From the NCBI GenBank assembly GCA_046484975.1, contig JAWOHX010000045.1:1-55693 (forward strand): DNA of 55,693 nucleotides, in the 5' to 3' direction. Numbering within the stretch: position 1 is the first letter of the stretch; every line of letters begins with the position of its first letter. This stretch comes from Clostridia bacterium (GTDB lineage: Bacteria; Bacillota; Clostridia; DUPQ01). Positions 29,391 through 38,126 of this stretch are shown here, one piece after another. The translations under genes were made by a program, and so were the position numbers. The notes under the pieces were generated by a model. That model did no database searches, had not been told where the DNA came from, and was given only the letters and a program-made list of their open reading frames with translations.

Positions 29391-29399
29391 ATTATATCA
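29391..29399 (-). promoter_or_regulatory. Extended -10 promoter for the DRTGG/kinase/sensory-hydrogenase module
   Basis: TGATATAAT on the minus strand, between the hydA terminator and the DRTGG RBS. Confidence 0.6.
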
Positions 29400-29415
29400 T
29401 CATTCCACCGGATGG

Positions 29416-29441
29416 AAAAGAAAAGCGGCCTTTCTGGCCGC
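29416..29441 (-). terminator. Intrinsic terminator after hydA
   Basis: Minus strand gcggcc-agaaa-ggccgc-ttttctttt. Confidence 0.75.
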
Positions 29442-29447
29442 CTTCCC

Positions 29448-31196
29448 TTATTCCTCCGGATAATTGTCCTTTGGTTCATAATGGGTGTGCAGCAGCTCAT
29501 GGGCGATATGGCTTCCGGGTTTTCCCAGGAACTCTTTATACAGTCTTTTCACATTTTCATTCTCATGGGACTTTCTGACGGAGAGGCTCCGGTCCTCCTC
29601 ATATATGGCCTTCGCCCTTTCCTTTGACAGATTGGTCCAGTTCCTGACGCCTGCAGGCTGGATGGGCTGGCCTCCCCCGGTCACACATCCTCCCGGACAG
29701 GCCATGATTTCTATGAAGTCATAGCTCTTTTTTCCTGATTGCACATCCTTCATCAGTTTCTTGGCGTTTCCTGTCCCGTGGGCTACGGCGGCGCGGATGA
29801 CTTTGTCCCCGATACGCACATTAGCCTCCTTGATTCCTTCCGTTCCCCTGACGGCGTTGATTTCTATCTCCTCAAGCGGTTTTCCGGTGACAAGCTCATG
29901 GACGGTCCGAATGGCTGCCTCCATCACTCCCCCGGTGGCGCCGAATATAGCGCCGGCACCGGAGGCATCCCCCATGGGATGGTCGAAGTGCTCGCTTTCA
30001 GAGTTGCGAAAATCAATCCCCGACTCACGGATCATCCTGGCGATTTCCCTGGTGGTCACCACGATGTCCACATCCATATATCCTTCGCGTCCCATCTCTT
30101 TTCTTTTTGCCTCATATTTTTTTGCGGTGCAGGGCATGATGGAAACCACCACGATGTCTTTTGGATGGATGCCCATCTTATCGGCATAATATGTCTTCAG
30201 GATTGCACCGAACATCTGTTGGGGGGATTTGCAGGAGGAAAGGTTTGGAATGAATTCCGGGAAATTATGTTCACAGAACTTGATCCATCCCGGGCTGCAG
30301 GAGGTAATCAATGGCAACGGCCCGTTGTTCTCAAGCCTTTTCAGAAGTTCCGTGCCTTCTTCCATGATGGTCAGGTCTGCGGCGGTGTTTGTGTCGAAGA
30401 TTTTGTCAAACCCAAGTTTCCTCAACGAACCGATCAGGTTCTTCGTGACCCTGGATCCGATGGGATAACCGAATTCCTCCCCGATGGCAACCCGTACCGC
30501 AGGAGCGACCTGACAGACAACATGCTTGGTCTTGTCATTGATGGCATCCCACACCTTGTCGGAATCGTCCTTGATCTGAAGGGCTCCCACGGGGCATGCG
30601 GTGATGCACTGGCCACAGTTGATGCATGGGGTATCCGAGAGTTTCATTTTGAACGGGGAATGGATCGCTGATTTGAAGCCCCTGTTCGTGGTGTCGATGA
30701 CAGAAACCTGCTGGATGTTCTTGCATACATTGATGCATCTTCTGCAGAGGATGCACTTGTTGTTGTCCCGGATGATGGAAGGCGACAGGGATTCTATGGG
30801 ATACACGTTCTGCTCCCCCTCAAAGGGCAGGTCCCTGATGTTGAATTTCTCCGCAAGGGCCTGCAGCTCACATTTCAGGTTCCGTATGCAGGTCAGACAG
30901 CTCCGGTTGTGGTTGGACAGGATGAGTTCCAGGGTGGTCCTTCTGGCCTGACGGATGTTTTCCGAATTGGTGGTCACTACCAGTCCTTCGGATACGGGAT
31001 ACACGCAGGAGGCTTGCAGTCCCTTGATTCCCTTGATCTCCACCAGGCAGATCCTGCAGGCGCCGATTTCGTTGATCCCCTTCAGATAGCACAGGGTGGG
31101 GATATCGATCTTCGCTTCCCGTGCCGCCTGCAGCACCGTGATGTTCCCCGGCACCTCAAGCTTGATCCCATCTATGGAAATATGTATGTTTTTCAT
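29448..31196 (-). CDS. hydA: [FeFe]-hydrogenase catalytic subunit (group A3, HydA/HndD)
   Basis: N-terminal [2Fe-2S] and His-ligated [4Fe-4S] motifs plus 2x[4Fe-4S]. H-cluster motifs TSCSPGW, MPCTAKKYE and EIMACPGGC. Confidence 0.95.
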   Translation of the reverse strand: MKNIHISIDGIKLEVPGNITVLQAAREAKIDIPTLCYLKGINEIGACRICLVEIKGIKGLQASCVYPVSEGLVVTTNSENIRQARRTTLELILSNHNRSCLTCIRNLKCELQALAEKFNIRDLPFEGEQNVYPIESLSPSIIRDNNKCILCRRCINVCKNIQQVSVIDTTNRGFKSAIHSPFKMKLSDTPCINCGQCITACPVGALQIKDDSDKVWDAINDKTKHVVCQVAPAVRVAIGEEFGYPIGSRVTKNLIGSLRKLGFDKIFDTNTAADLTIMEEGTELLKRLENNGPLPLITSCSPGWIKFCEHNFPEFIPNLSSCKSPQQMFGAILKTYYADKMGIHPKDIVVVSIMPCTAKKYEAKRKEMGREGYMDVDIVVTTREIARMIRESGIDFRNSESEHFDHPMGDASGAGAIFGATGGVMEAAIRTVHELVTGKPLEEIEINAVRGTEGIKEANVRIGDKVIRAAVAHGTGNAKKLMKDVQSGKKSYDFIEIMACPGGCVTGGGQPIQPAGVRNWTNLSKERAKAIYEEDRSLSVRKSHENENVKRLYKEFLGKPGSHIAHELLHTHYEPKDNYPEE

Positions 31197-31208
31197 GTTC
31201 ATCCTCCC

Positions 31209-33002
31209 TTAATTCCTGTCGATGGCCTTGAAAGGACAGGCTTCGATGCAGGCGCCGCATTTGATGCAGACGGTTTTGTCAATGGTGTGTGGATTTCTGA
31301 TTTCTCCTGCAATGGCATTGACAGGGCAGACCTTTTTGCAGAGGGAGCATCCCCTGCACAGATCCTCGATCACGGTGTAGGTGAGAAGATTTTTGCACAC
31401 CCCGGCGGAACAGACCTTGTCAAAGATATGTTCCTCGTATTCCTTCCTGAAATATTTCAATGTGGAGAGCACGGGATTCGGAGCTGTTTTGCCAAGGCCG
31501 CAAAGGGAAGCCTCCGTGATTGTCTTGGCAAGGGATTCCAGCTTCTTCAGGTCACTGGCCTCCCCATTGCCTGCAGTGATTTTTTCCAGAATCTCGTACA
31601 TTCTTTTGGTGCCGATCCTGCAGGGAGGACATTTCCCGCAGGACTCATCCACGGTGAACTCCAGAAAGAACCTGGCGATGTCCACCATGCAGGTGTCCTC
31701 ATCCATGACGATGAGTCCCCCGGAACCCATCATGGAACCCAACGCAAGAAGGGTGTCATATTCAATGGGTACATCCAGGTGTTCCGTCGGAATGCAGCCC
31801 CCTGAGGGCCCGCCGGTCTGTGCGGCCTTGAAGCGCTTGCCTCCCGGGATCCCGCCGCCGATGTCATATACGATTTCCCGGAGGGTGGTTCCCATGGGAA
31901 TCTCCACGAGTCCGGTATTGTTGATTTTTCCGCCGATGGCAAATACCTTGGTCCCCTTGCTACGGGTCGTCCCGATGGAAGTGAACCATTCCGCACCTTT
32001 GTTGATGATGATGGGGATGTTGGCGAAGGTCTCCACATTGTTGAGGATGGTAGGTTTCCCGAAGAGCCCTTTGTCAGAGGGGAATGGTGGTTTTGGTCTT
32101 GGTTCGCCTCTTTTCCCTTCGATGGAGACCATCAATGCGGTTTCTTCCCCACAGACGAAGGCGCCTGCACCAAGACGAAGCTCGATGTCAAAATCAAAAC
32201 CTGTGCCCAGGATGTTTTTACCAATCAGGCCATATTCCTTTGCCTGTTCCAGGGCAATCCCGAGCCGGTTCACGGCGATGGGGTATTCCGCCCTGATGTA
32301 CACATAACCCTGTGTCGAGCCGATGGCATAGCCTGAGATTGCCATGGCTTCCAGGATGGAATGGGGATCCCCTTCCAGGAGACTTCTGTCCATGAAGGCT
32401 CCCGGGTCCCCTTCATCCGCATTGCAGCAGACATATTTGACATCGCTTTTTGAGTCGGATGCAAACTGCCATTTCAAGCCAGTGGGAAACCCGCCGCCGC
32501 CCCTGCCCCTCAGCTGGGATTTTTTAACGAGGTCGATGACTTCCTGAGGCTTCATTTCGGTCAGGACCTTGGTCAGGGCCAAGTAACCGTCTTTTGCAAT
32601 GTACTCGTCAATGTTCTCGGGATTGATGACACCGCAGTTTCTCAGTGCGATCCTCATCTGCTTCTGGAAGAAGTTCACATTGTCCAGTGAGTTGAAGGCA
32701 TCCTGGGCTTCCTTGTCTCCGGCCAGAAGGCGCTTTACAATCCTTCCCTTCACCAGGTGTTCTTCGACGATTTCTTCCACGTCCTCCGGGGCGACCCTCA
32801 CATACATGGCGCCTTCAGGATATATCATGACGATGGGGCCCTCGGCACACAGGCCGAAACACCCTGTCCTGATAATCATAATTTCATCAGAAATGTTTTT
32901 CTCTGCCGTATGCTTTTTGAAATGATCCAGGATGGCTTCAGATTTTGATGAAGTGCATCCCGTGCCGCCGCATACCAGCACATGAGCTCTGTAAAAGTGC
33001 AT
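31209..33002 (-). CDS. hydB: Hydrogenase diaphorase subunit (NuoF-like, HydB/HndC)
   Basis: N-terminal [2Fe-2S], LRGRGGGGFPTG, NADEGDPGAFMDR, GAGAFVCGEE, GGPSGG, ESCGKCPPCR and C-terminal 2x[4Fe-4S]. Confidence 0.95.
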   Translation of the reverse strand: MHFYRAHVLVCGGTGCTSSKSEAILDHFKKHTAEKNISDEIMIIRTGCFGLCAEGPIVMIYPEGAMYVRVAPEDVEEIVEEHLVKGRIVKRLLAGDKEAQDAFNSLDNVNFFQKQMRIALRNCGVINPENIDEYIAKDGYLALTKVLTEMKPQEVIDLVKKSQLRGRGGGGFPTGLKWQFASDSKSDVKYVCCNADEGDPGAFMDRSLLEGDPHSILEAMAISGYAIGSTQGYVYIRAEYPIAVNRLGIALEQAKEYGLIGKNILGTGFDFDIELRLGAGAFVCGEETALMVSIEGKRGEPRPKPPFPSDKGLFGKPTILNNVETFANIPIIINKGAEWFTSIGTTRSKGTKVFAIGGKINNTGLVEIPMGTTLREIVYDIGGGIPGGKRFKAAQTGGPSGGCIPTEHLDVPIEYDTLLALGSMMGSGGLIVMDEDTCMVDIARFFLEFTVDESCGKCPPCRIGTKRMYEILEKITAGNGEASDLKKLESLAKTITEASLCGLGKTAPNPVLSTLKYFRKEYEEHIFDKVCSAGVCKNLLTYTVIEDLCRGCSLCKKVCPVNAIAGEIRNPHTIDKTVCIKCGACIEACPFKAIDRN

Positions 33003-33030
33003 GTCCGTTCCTCCGTTCCTTCCTTACTTA

Positions 33031-33393
33031 CTATTCTTCCGAACCTATGGTGAATTCCTTGCATACCATATTGTTGATGATATGGTCGTTCACCACCTTG
33101 ACCGCTTTTTCCGGGGTCATCTTCACATATGTCACCTTCGTCCCGTCGGCATTGATGACCTCAACCATGGGTTCCAGCCTGCATACGCCAATGCACCCGG
33201 TGATGTTCACGGGGATATTGCTGTTTCGTTTTTTCAATTCCTCAAGGAACGCCCTCATGACAGGCCGGGCTCCGGCGGCGATCCCGCAGGTGGCCATGCC
33301 GATGATGATGCGCATGCCTCCGTTATTGTCCCGCATGGACATTTCATCCTGTGTCTTTTTTCTGATTGCTTCCAGTTCAGCGATGGACTTCAT
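33031..33393 (-). CDS. Thioredoxin-like [2Fe-2S] ferredoxin subunit (HydD/HndB-like)
   Basis: GMATCGIAAGA and TGCIGVCRLEP. GGAGGTG RBS. Confidence 0.9.
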   Translation of the reverse strand: MKSIAELEAIRKKTQDEMSMRDNNGGMRIIIGMATCGIAAGARPVMRAFLEELKKRNSNIPVNITGCIGVCRLEPMVEVINADGTKVTYVKMTPEKAVKVVNDHIINNMVCKEFTIGSEE

Positions 33394-33937
33394 CCAACAC
33401 ACCTCCAAGTATGGTATTTATGCCTTCATTGATATATTCTTCCATCCAGTCCAGTATCCCTGCTTCCGTCAAGGGGATGTCACCGGTGTACTGCCGTACC
33501 TCTTCCGTCGTGAACAGCCATTGTTGATTCCCGTTGTCCAACCTTAGCGTGATTTCCGTTTCCCTGCCTGCAAGCACCAGGGTGATCACGGCCTCCCCGA
33601 CGTTTCCCAGTGGTTTCCGGTCGACATGGCCGATTTCAAAATCGGCTTTTGTCTCGGTGCCGCCGCCTTCCCGTGAATGGATCCGGAGGCTTCCTCCGGC
33701 GGAGAGGGCCGCCTGGCTGAACATGGGGATGCCCAGTCCGACCTTCCGTGTCTTTCTGGTGGTGAAGAAGGGATCCTGTGCCTTCATCAGACTCTCCCCT
33801 TCCATGCCTCTGCCATTGTCAGTGACTCCTACCGTCAATTTCCCGCCCTCAGCGAGGATAAGGAGCTCGATCCTGGTCGCGCAGGCTTCGATGGAATTCA
33901 ATGCGATGTCAAGGAGATGCAGGGAAAGGTCCTTCAC
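33377..33937 (-). CDS. HATPase_c-domain protein within the hydrogenase operon
   Basis: DLSLHLLDIALNS, DNGRGM, DPFFTTR, VGLG and HVDRKPLG. Confidence 0.88.
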   Translation of the reverse strand: MKDLSLHLLDIALNSIEACATRIELLILAEGGKLTVGVTDNGRGMEGESLMKAQDPFFTTRKTRKVGLGIPMFSQAALSAGGSLRIHSREGGGTETKADFEIGHVDRKPLGNVGEAVITLVLAGRETEITLRLDNGNQQWLFTTEEVRQYTGDIPLTEAGILDWMEEYINEGINTILGGVLDEVHR

Positions 33938-33940
33938 GTG

Positions 33941-34429
33941 TCACCCCTTGTATTTCTTCAGGATTCCAGGCACTTCATCCACTGTGAGCCTTCCGTACAC
34001 ATCATCGTTGATGAGAATGACGGGAGCCAGGCCGCATGCCCCGATGCATCGGCATGCCTCCAGTGAGAAACTCATGTCCGGTGTGCACTGCCCCACATCC
34101 AGGTTCAGTTCTTGCTTGATGCGGTCCAGAATCTTGCTGGCCCCCTTGACATAACATGCCGTGCCCAGGCATACATTGATATGGTGCCTTCCCTTCGGCT
34201 CCAATGAGAATTGGGTGTAGAATGTCACCACACCGTAGACTTCAGACACCGGGACATCCAGCCCTTCAGCGACCCTTTTCTGCACCTTCAACGGCAGATA
34301 GCCATATATCTCCTGCGCTTCATGAAGAACTGGAATCAAAGCACCCTGGGTATGCAGGTGTTTCCTGATGGCTTCTTCCAGAAGCATGGCCTTCTTTTCT
34401 TCACTGTTTGCAAGACAACTATTGTCCAT
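33941..34429 (-). CDS. hydC: Hydrogenase NuoE-like [2Fe-2S] subunit (HydC/HndA)
   Basis: LIPVLHEAQEIYGYL, GVVTFY, CLGTACYVKG and CIGACGLAP. Confidence 0.93.
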   Translation of the reverse strand: MDNSCLANSEEKKAMLLEEAIRKHLHTQGALIPVLHEAQEIYGYLPLKVQKRVAEGLDVPVSEVYGVVTFYTQFSLEPKGRHHINVCLGTACYVKGASKILDRIKQELNLDVGQCTPDMSFSLEACRCIGACGLAPVILINDDVYGRLTVDEVPGILKKYKG

Positions 34430-34446
34430 GGATAACCTCCCATATT

Positions 34447-34464
34447 GCGTTAATTATTTAACAA
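34447..34464 (-). promoter_or_regulatory. Rex-type operator
   Basis: TTGTTAA-ATAA-TTAACGC, a 12/14 match to the arms of TTGTTAA-N4-TTAACAA. Lies between the -10 and the RBS of hydC. Confidence 0.75.
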
Positions 34465-34472
34465 TCTTCGAC

Positions 34473-34501
34473 ATTATAACATCTGTCCCGTTAAAATTCA
34501 A
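34473..34501 (-). promoter_or_regulatory. sigmaA promoter of the hydrogenase operon
   Basis: TTGAAT (34501-34496), 17-nt spacer, TATAAT (34478-34473) with extended TG. Confidence 0.7.
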
Positions 34502-34568
34502 TGATTATTATTGAAAATTAATATTTCCTTCATATCTGATATAATATATAAAAACGAAAGGGAAAACA

Positions 34569-34982
34569 ATGCTGGCAGAAATATATAAATCCGGAGTTGC
34601 AAGGGATCTCGACTTGAATTGCGCGGAGACGGTGGTATATATCACAAACCTCGCCTATGACCTGGGATTGGGAAAGAATTCCATGAAAATGGCATCTGGA
34701 TTCGGCGGAGGGATGTTCCTGGAGGAGAAATGCGGGGCCGTCACCGGCGCCTTCATGGTCCTGGGCTGTCTCTATCTCAAGGACAGGGCCCACGAGGACG
34801 GGACCATCCAAAAAATGGTCCTTTCCTTCCATCAGAAATTCAATGAAAAGATGGGAAGCTGCGAATGCAGGCCCCTGAAGGAGAAGTACAGGACTCCCGA
34901 GAAAAAATGCGAGGCTGTCATCGAGGCATCACTTGCCGTCCTGGATGAGATGATTCTGGAACACGGTCGGCCGGTTTTCTGA
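34569..34982 (+). CDS. C-GCAxxG-C-C family putative redox-active protein
   Basis: NCAETV, SGFGGGM, CGAVTGA, GSCECR and a terminal C. TGATATAAT at 34537-34545. Confidence 0.85.
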   Translation: MLAEIYKSGVARDLDLNCAETVVYITNLAYDLGLGKNSMKMASGFGGGMFLEEKCGAVTGAFMVLGCLYLKDRAHEDGTIQKMVLSFHQKFNEKMGSCECRPLKEKYRTPEKKCEAVIEASLAVLDEMILEHGRPVF

Positions 34983-36077
34983 AAAAACATCCGGATTCAA
35001 GGGTTTGAGGGATTCAGGCAGGAACAGGCCGTCTTTCCTGACCAGCATGCCGTCGAACCATATCTCCCCTCCCCCGTGCATGGGAAGATGGCTCTGGACG
35101 ATGTCCCAGTGGATGGAGGACTTGTTTCCCCAGCCGTTCCCCGGGGTCAGGTGGATGCTCCCGGTCATTTTCTCATCGAACAGGATGTCATTGATGGATT
35201 TGTCGATGTAGGGATTGGTGCCGATGGCGAATTCGCCAAAGCCCCTGGCGCCTTCATCCAGGTCCAGTATCCTGTTCAGTGCCGGGGTGTCGCTGGATGT
35301 CGCTTTCACGATTTTCCCTTTTTCAATCTCAAAACAGATGTCATTGAAGGTGATCCCATGGGTGGTGGAAGGAACATTGTAGCGGATGGTCCCATTCATT
35401 GAACCTTGCACCGGGCCTGTGCATACTTCCCCGTCGGGCAGGTTGGCATGGCCGTCGCAGATGCCCCCTGTATGTCCTTCTATGGAAAACGTAAGGTCCG
35501 TGTCCCTGGCCACGATGCGCACCTTGTCCGTATGGTCCATCAGTTCCTTCAACGGCACCATGCACTGGGAAAGATACTGGTAATCAAGGCAGCAGACATG
35601 GAAATAATAGTCCTGGAACGCCTCCGTGCCCATGCCGGCCAACTGGGCCATCTGGGGATTGGGGTACCGCATCACCGTCCACCTTGTGTTTTTCACCCGT
35701 TCTTCATAATGCAGGCCGTGATTGAGTGCATTCATGTAATACAGCTGACCCTGGGGAAGGCAGGACAGCTCATTGATGTTATGGTTTTTCCGGATGCCGA
35801 TGTAATAGTCCATCTTTTTCATCTTGTAGAGTTCGATATCCAGCAGGCGTTCCAAATACTCATCCCCCATGCCCAGGATGAGTTCCCGCTTGATCCCAAG
35901 AATCTCGTGGTTCACGAAGGGATATGCCCCGGCCTTGAATATCTCCCTGACCATGGCTGCGGCAAAGTCATCCGCATGGTCAAAGGAATCCACCATGACG
36001 TTTTTCCCTTTCTCCACACCCAGTGAATAGCCCACCACGATGCCTGCCAATTTTTCAATCCGGCTGTCTCTGGTCAT
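34929..36077 (-). CDS. M29 family aminopeptidase
   Basis: NLPDGEV, GEFAIG, LFDEKM.GSIH and SSIHWD. Confidence 0.9.
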   Translation of the reverse strand: MTRDSRIEKLAGIVVGYSLGVEKGKNVMVDSFDHADDFAAAMVREIFKAGAYPFVNHEILGIKRELILGMGDEYLERLLDIELYKMKKMDYYIGIRKNHNINELSCLPQGQLYYMNALNHGLHYEERVKNTRWTVMRYPNPQMAQLAGMGTEAFQDYYFHVCCLDYQYLSQCMVPLKELMDHTDKVRIVARDTDLTFSIEGHTGGICDGHANLPDGEVCTGPVQGSMNGTIRYNVPSTTHGITFNDICFEIEKGKIVKATSSDTPALNRILDLDEGARGFGEFAIGTNPYIDKSINDILFDEKMTGSIHLTPGNGWGNKSSIHWDIVQSHLPMHGGGEIWFDGMLVRKDGLFLPESLKPLNPDVFSENRPTVFQNHLIQDGK

Positions 36078-37159
36078 TTGATGCGTTCTCCCTTCAGTAT
36101 GATGTTATGAATCAGGTAATCCCTGTCAAGGACCAATATGTCCGCGTCATGGCCCTTCCGGATCCTTCCGATCTTCCTGCCTGTGCCCAATGCATCCACT
36201 GGATTGGCCGTGGCGCTCCGCAGGACGGTTTCAGGGTCCATTCCAAGGCCCAGGAGGTTCAATATCCCTTCATGAAGGGTGGTCATGCTTCCGGCAAGCG
36301 TCCCCTCCCGGTTGATGGCCCTGCCGTTTTCCAGTGTGGTCCCCGGCCCCAGGGGAATGGAGTCGGATATTGAAACCACTTTGCCAGGGCCCTTCACCCG
36401 GAAAAGCAATTCAAGCATATCGGGATGGACATGTATCAGGTCAGGGATGATTTCACAAAAGATCCTGTCGTCTATCAGGGCACATCCTGTGATGGAAGGT
36501 TCCCTGTGGTGCAGGGAAGGCATGGCGTTGAAGGTATGGGTTGCCAACCGATAACCACAATCAAACGCTTCCCTGGCAGTCTCAGCCCCGCACAGGGTGT
36601 GTCCGAAGGACAACAGGACATCCCTCTCCCTGGCATATTTCGACAAAGCGAATCCCTCGTCCTTCTCCGGGGCAATGGTGATTCGCTTCACCCTGTCCTC
36701 CAGGCCTGCTGTCATTTCGATATAGTCCTCTATGGAGGGTGTCCGGACATGCATCGCGGGATGGGCTCCCCTTTTTTCAGGGTTGAGGAACGGGCCTTCC
36801 AGGTGTACGCCAAGGAATGACGGATGAGTGGAGAAAAACGAACCGATGCGAACCCGCATGGATTCCAGGCTGTCGGTAATCAGGGCAGGCATCAGGGATG
36901 TGGTGCCTTTTTCTGCATAAGACCGGAAAATGGCTTCCATGTCTGATCCGGCATCCGAAAAATCATGGTCTCCCATCCCGTGGGTATGGATGTCCACAAG
37001 ACCCGGACAAGCGGTATGGCCTTGCGCATCAAGGATCTCATCCCCTTCCGGTGGAACCTCGGCGGTAACATCAACGATTCGCTGGCCCTCCATGTGGATA
37101 TGCAGCAACCCTTCCAGGAAATGTTCCCCGTCAAACACTCTGCAGTTCTTGATGACCAT
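36074..37159 (-). CDS. nagA: N-acetylglucosamine-6-phosphate deacetylase
   Basis: PGLVDIHTHG, GVHLEGPF, KRGAH, THTFNAM and LAGS. Confidence 0.92.
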   Translation of the reverse strand: MVIKNCRVFDGEHFLEGLLHIHMEGQRIVDVTAEVPPEGDEILDAQGHTACPGLVDIHTHGMGDHDFSDAGSDMEAIFRSYAEKGTTSLMPALITDSLESMRVRIGSFFSTHPSFLGVHLEGPFLNPEKRGAHPAMHVRTPSIEDYIEMTAGLEDRVKRITIAPEKDEGFALSKYARERDVLLSFGHTLCGAETAREAFDCGYRLATHTFNAMPSLHHREPSITGCALIDDRIFCEIIPDLIHVHPDMLELLFRVKGPGKVVSISDSIPLGPGTTLENGRAINREGTLAGSMTTLHEGILNLLGLGMDPETVLRSATANPVDALGTGRKIGRIRKGHDADILVLDRDYLIHNIILKGERIK

Positions 37160-37184
37160 ATGGTTATCCTTTCCGCCAACCGCC

Positions 37185-38126
37185 TTATCTTTCTGAATTC
37201 AGGAAGGACAGGATGATTTCAACAAACTCCACCGGCTTTTCTTCGAAAGGCAAATGTCCGGATTCCTCGATGACCACCAGTTCCGAACCGGTGATCATTC
37301 CCGAAAGCATCATGCCGTATTCCAGGTCGATGACCCTGTCCTGCCTTCCCCAGACGATGAGGGTGGGCATAGCGATGCCTGAAATTTCATCCTTTCGCAA
37401 GCCGCTGTCGTTGTCTTCAGACAACCGCATCAGGACTTTGGCGTTGGTCTGTTTGGCCACGGCGAAGAATTCATACCGCCTGATCCTGTCAAGGGATCCC
37501 TTGTCATAGAAGACATTCATGCCTGCCAGGAAATTCCCCGGATAGGTGAAAACAACATTGTCGATGAAAAATGCGCCAAGCTCCCGGAAGGACCCTTCCG
37601 GTTGCGAGTATCCCGGCACATTGCTGAGCCCTGCACTGTTTAGTAGAATCAACCGGTCCACCAGACGGGGATGGTCAAGGGCAAGGTTGATGCATACTTC
37701 ACCACCCATGGAATGCCCCATCAGTACGGCACTGGAAAGACCCTTTTGTTCCATGAATCCTGCAATGATCTCCGAAGATGCTTTCTTGGAGTAATGAAGC
37801 TGCAGGTTCTTGTCGGAGTGTCCGAATCCAATCAGGTCCAGGGCATAAACGGTATATTCATCGCTCAATGGGCCGATGATTTTTTTGAAATTGTCCGTGG
37901 ATCCGAGAAACCCGTGGACCAGGATGAGGGTCGGGCCCTGGCCGGTCTTCACATAATGGATGCGTGCATCCCCAATCTCATGGAATTCCCCGGGGGGTGT
38001 TCCCATGTAATCCACTCGCTGCAACACAATGAGATGTGTATACAGGTTCCCGGCGATGACATAAAGAAGGAAAATCATCACCAGCACGAGAAGGATGAAC
38101 GTTGTGGTCCTGAATATTTTTTTCAT
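37185..38126 (-). CDS. Membrane-anchored alpha/beta hydrolase
   Basis: N-terminal TM helix, LVHGF, DLIGFG, GHSMGG, WGRQD and SGH. Confidence 0.88.
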   Translation of the reverse strand: MKKIFRTTTFILLVLVMIFLLYVIAGNLYTHLIVLQRVDYMGTPPGEFHEIGDARIHYVKTGQGPTLILVHGFLGSTDNFKKIIGPLSDEYTVYALDLIGFGHSDKNLQLHYSKKASSEIIAGFMEQKGLSSAVLMGHSMGGEVCINLALDHPRLVDRLILLNSAGLSNVPGYSQPEGSFRELGAFFIDNVVFTYPGNFLAGMNVFYDKGSLDRIRRYEFFAVAKQTNAKVLMRLSEDNDSGLRKDEISGIAMPTLIVWGRQDRVIDLEYGMMLSGMITGSELVVIEESGHLPFEEKPVEFVEIILSFLNSER

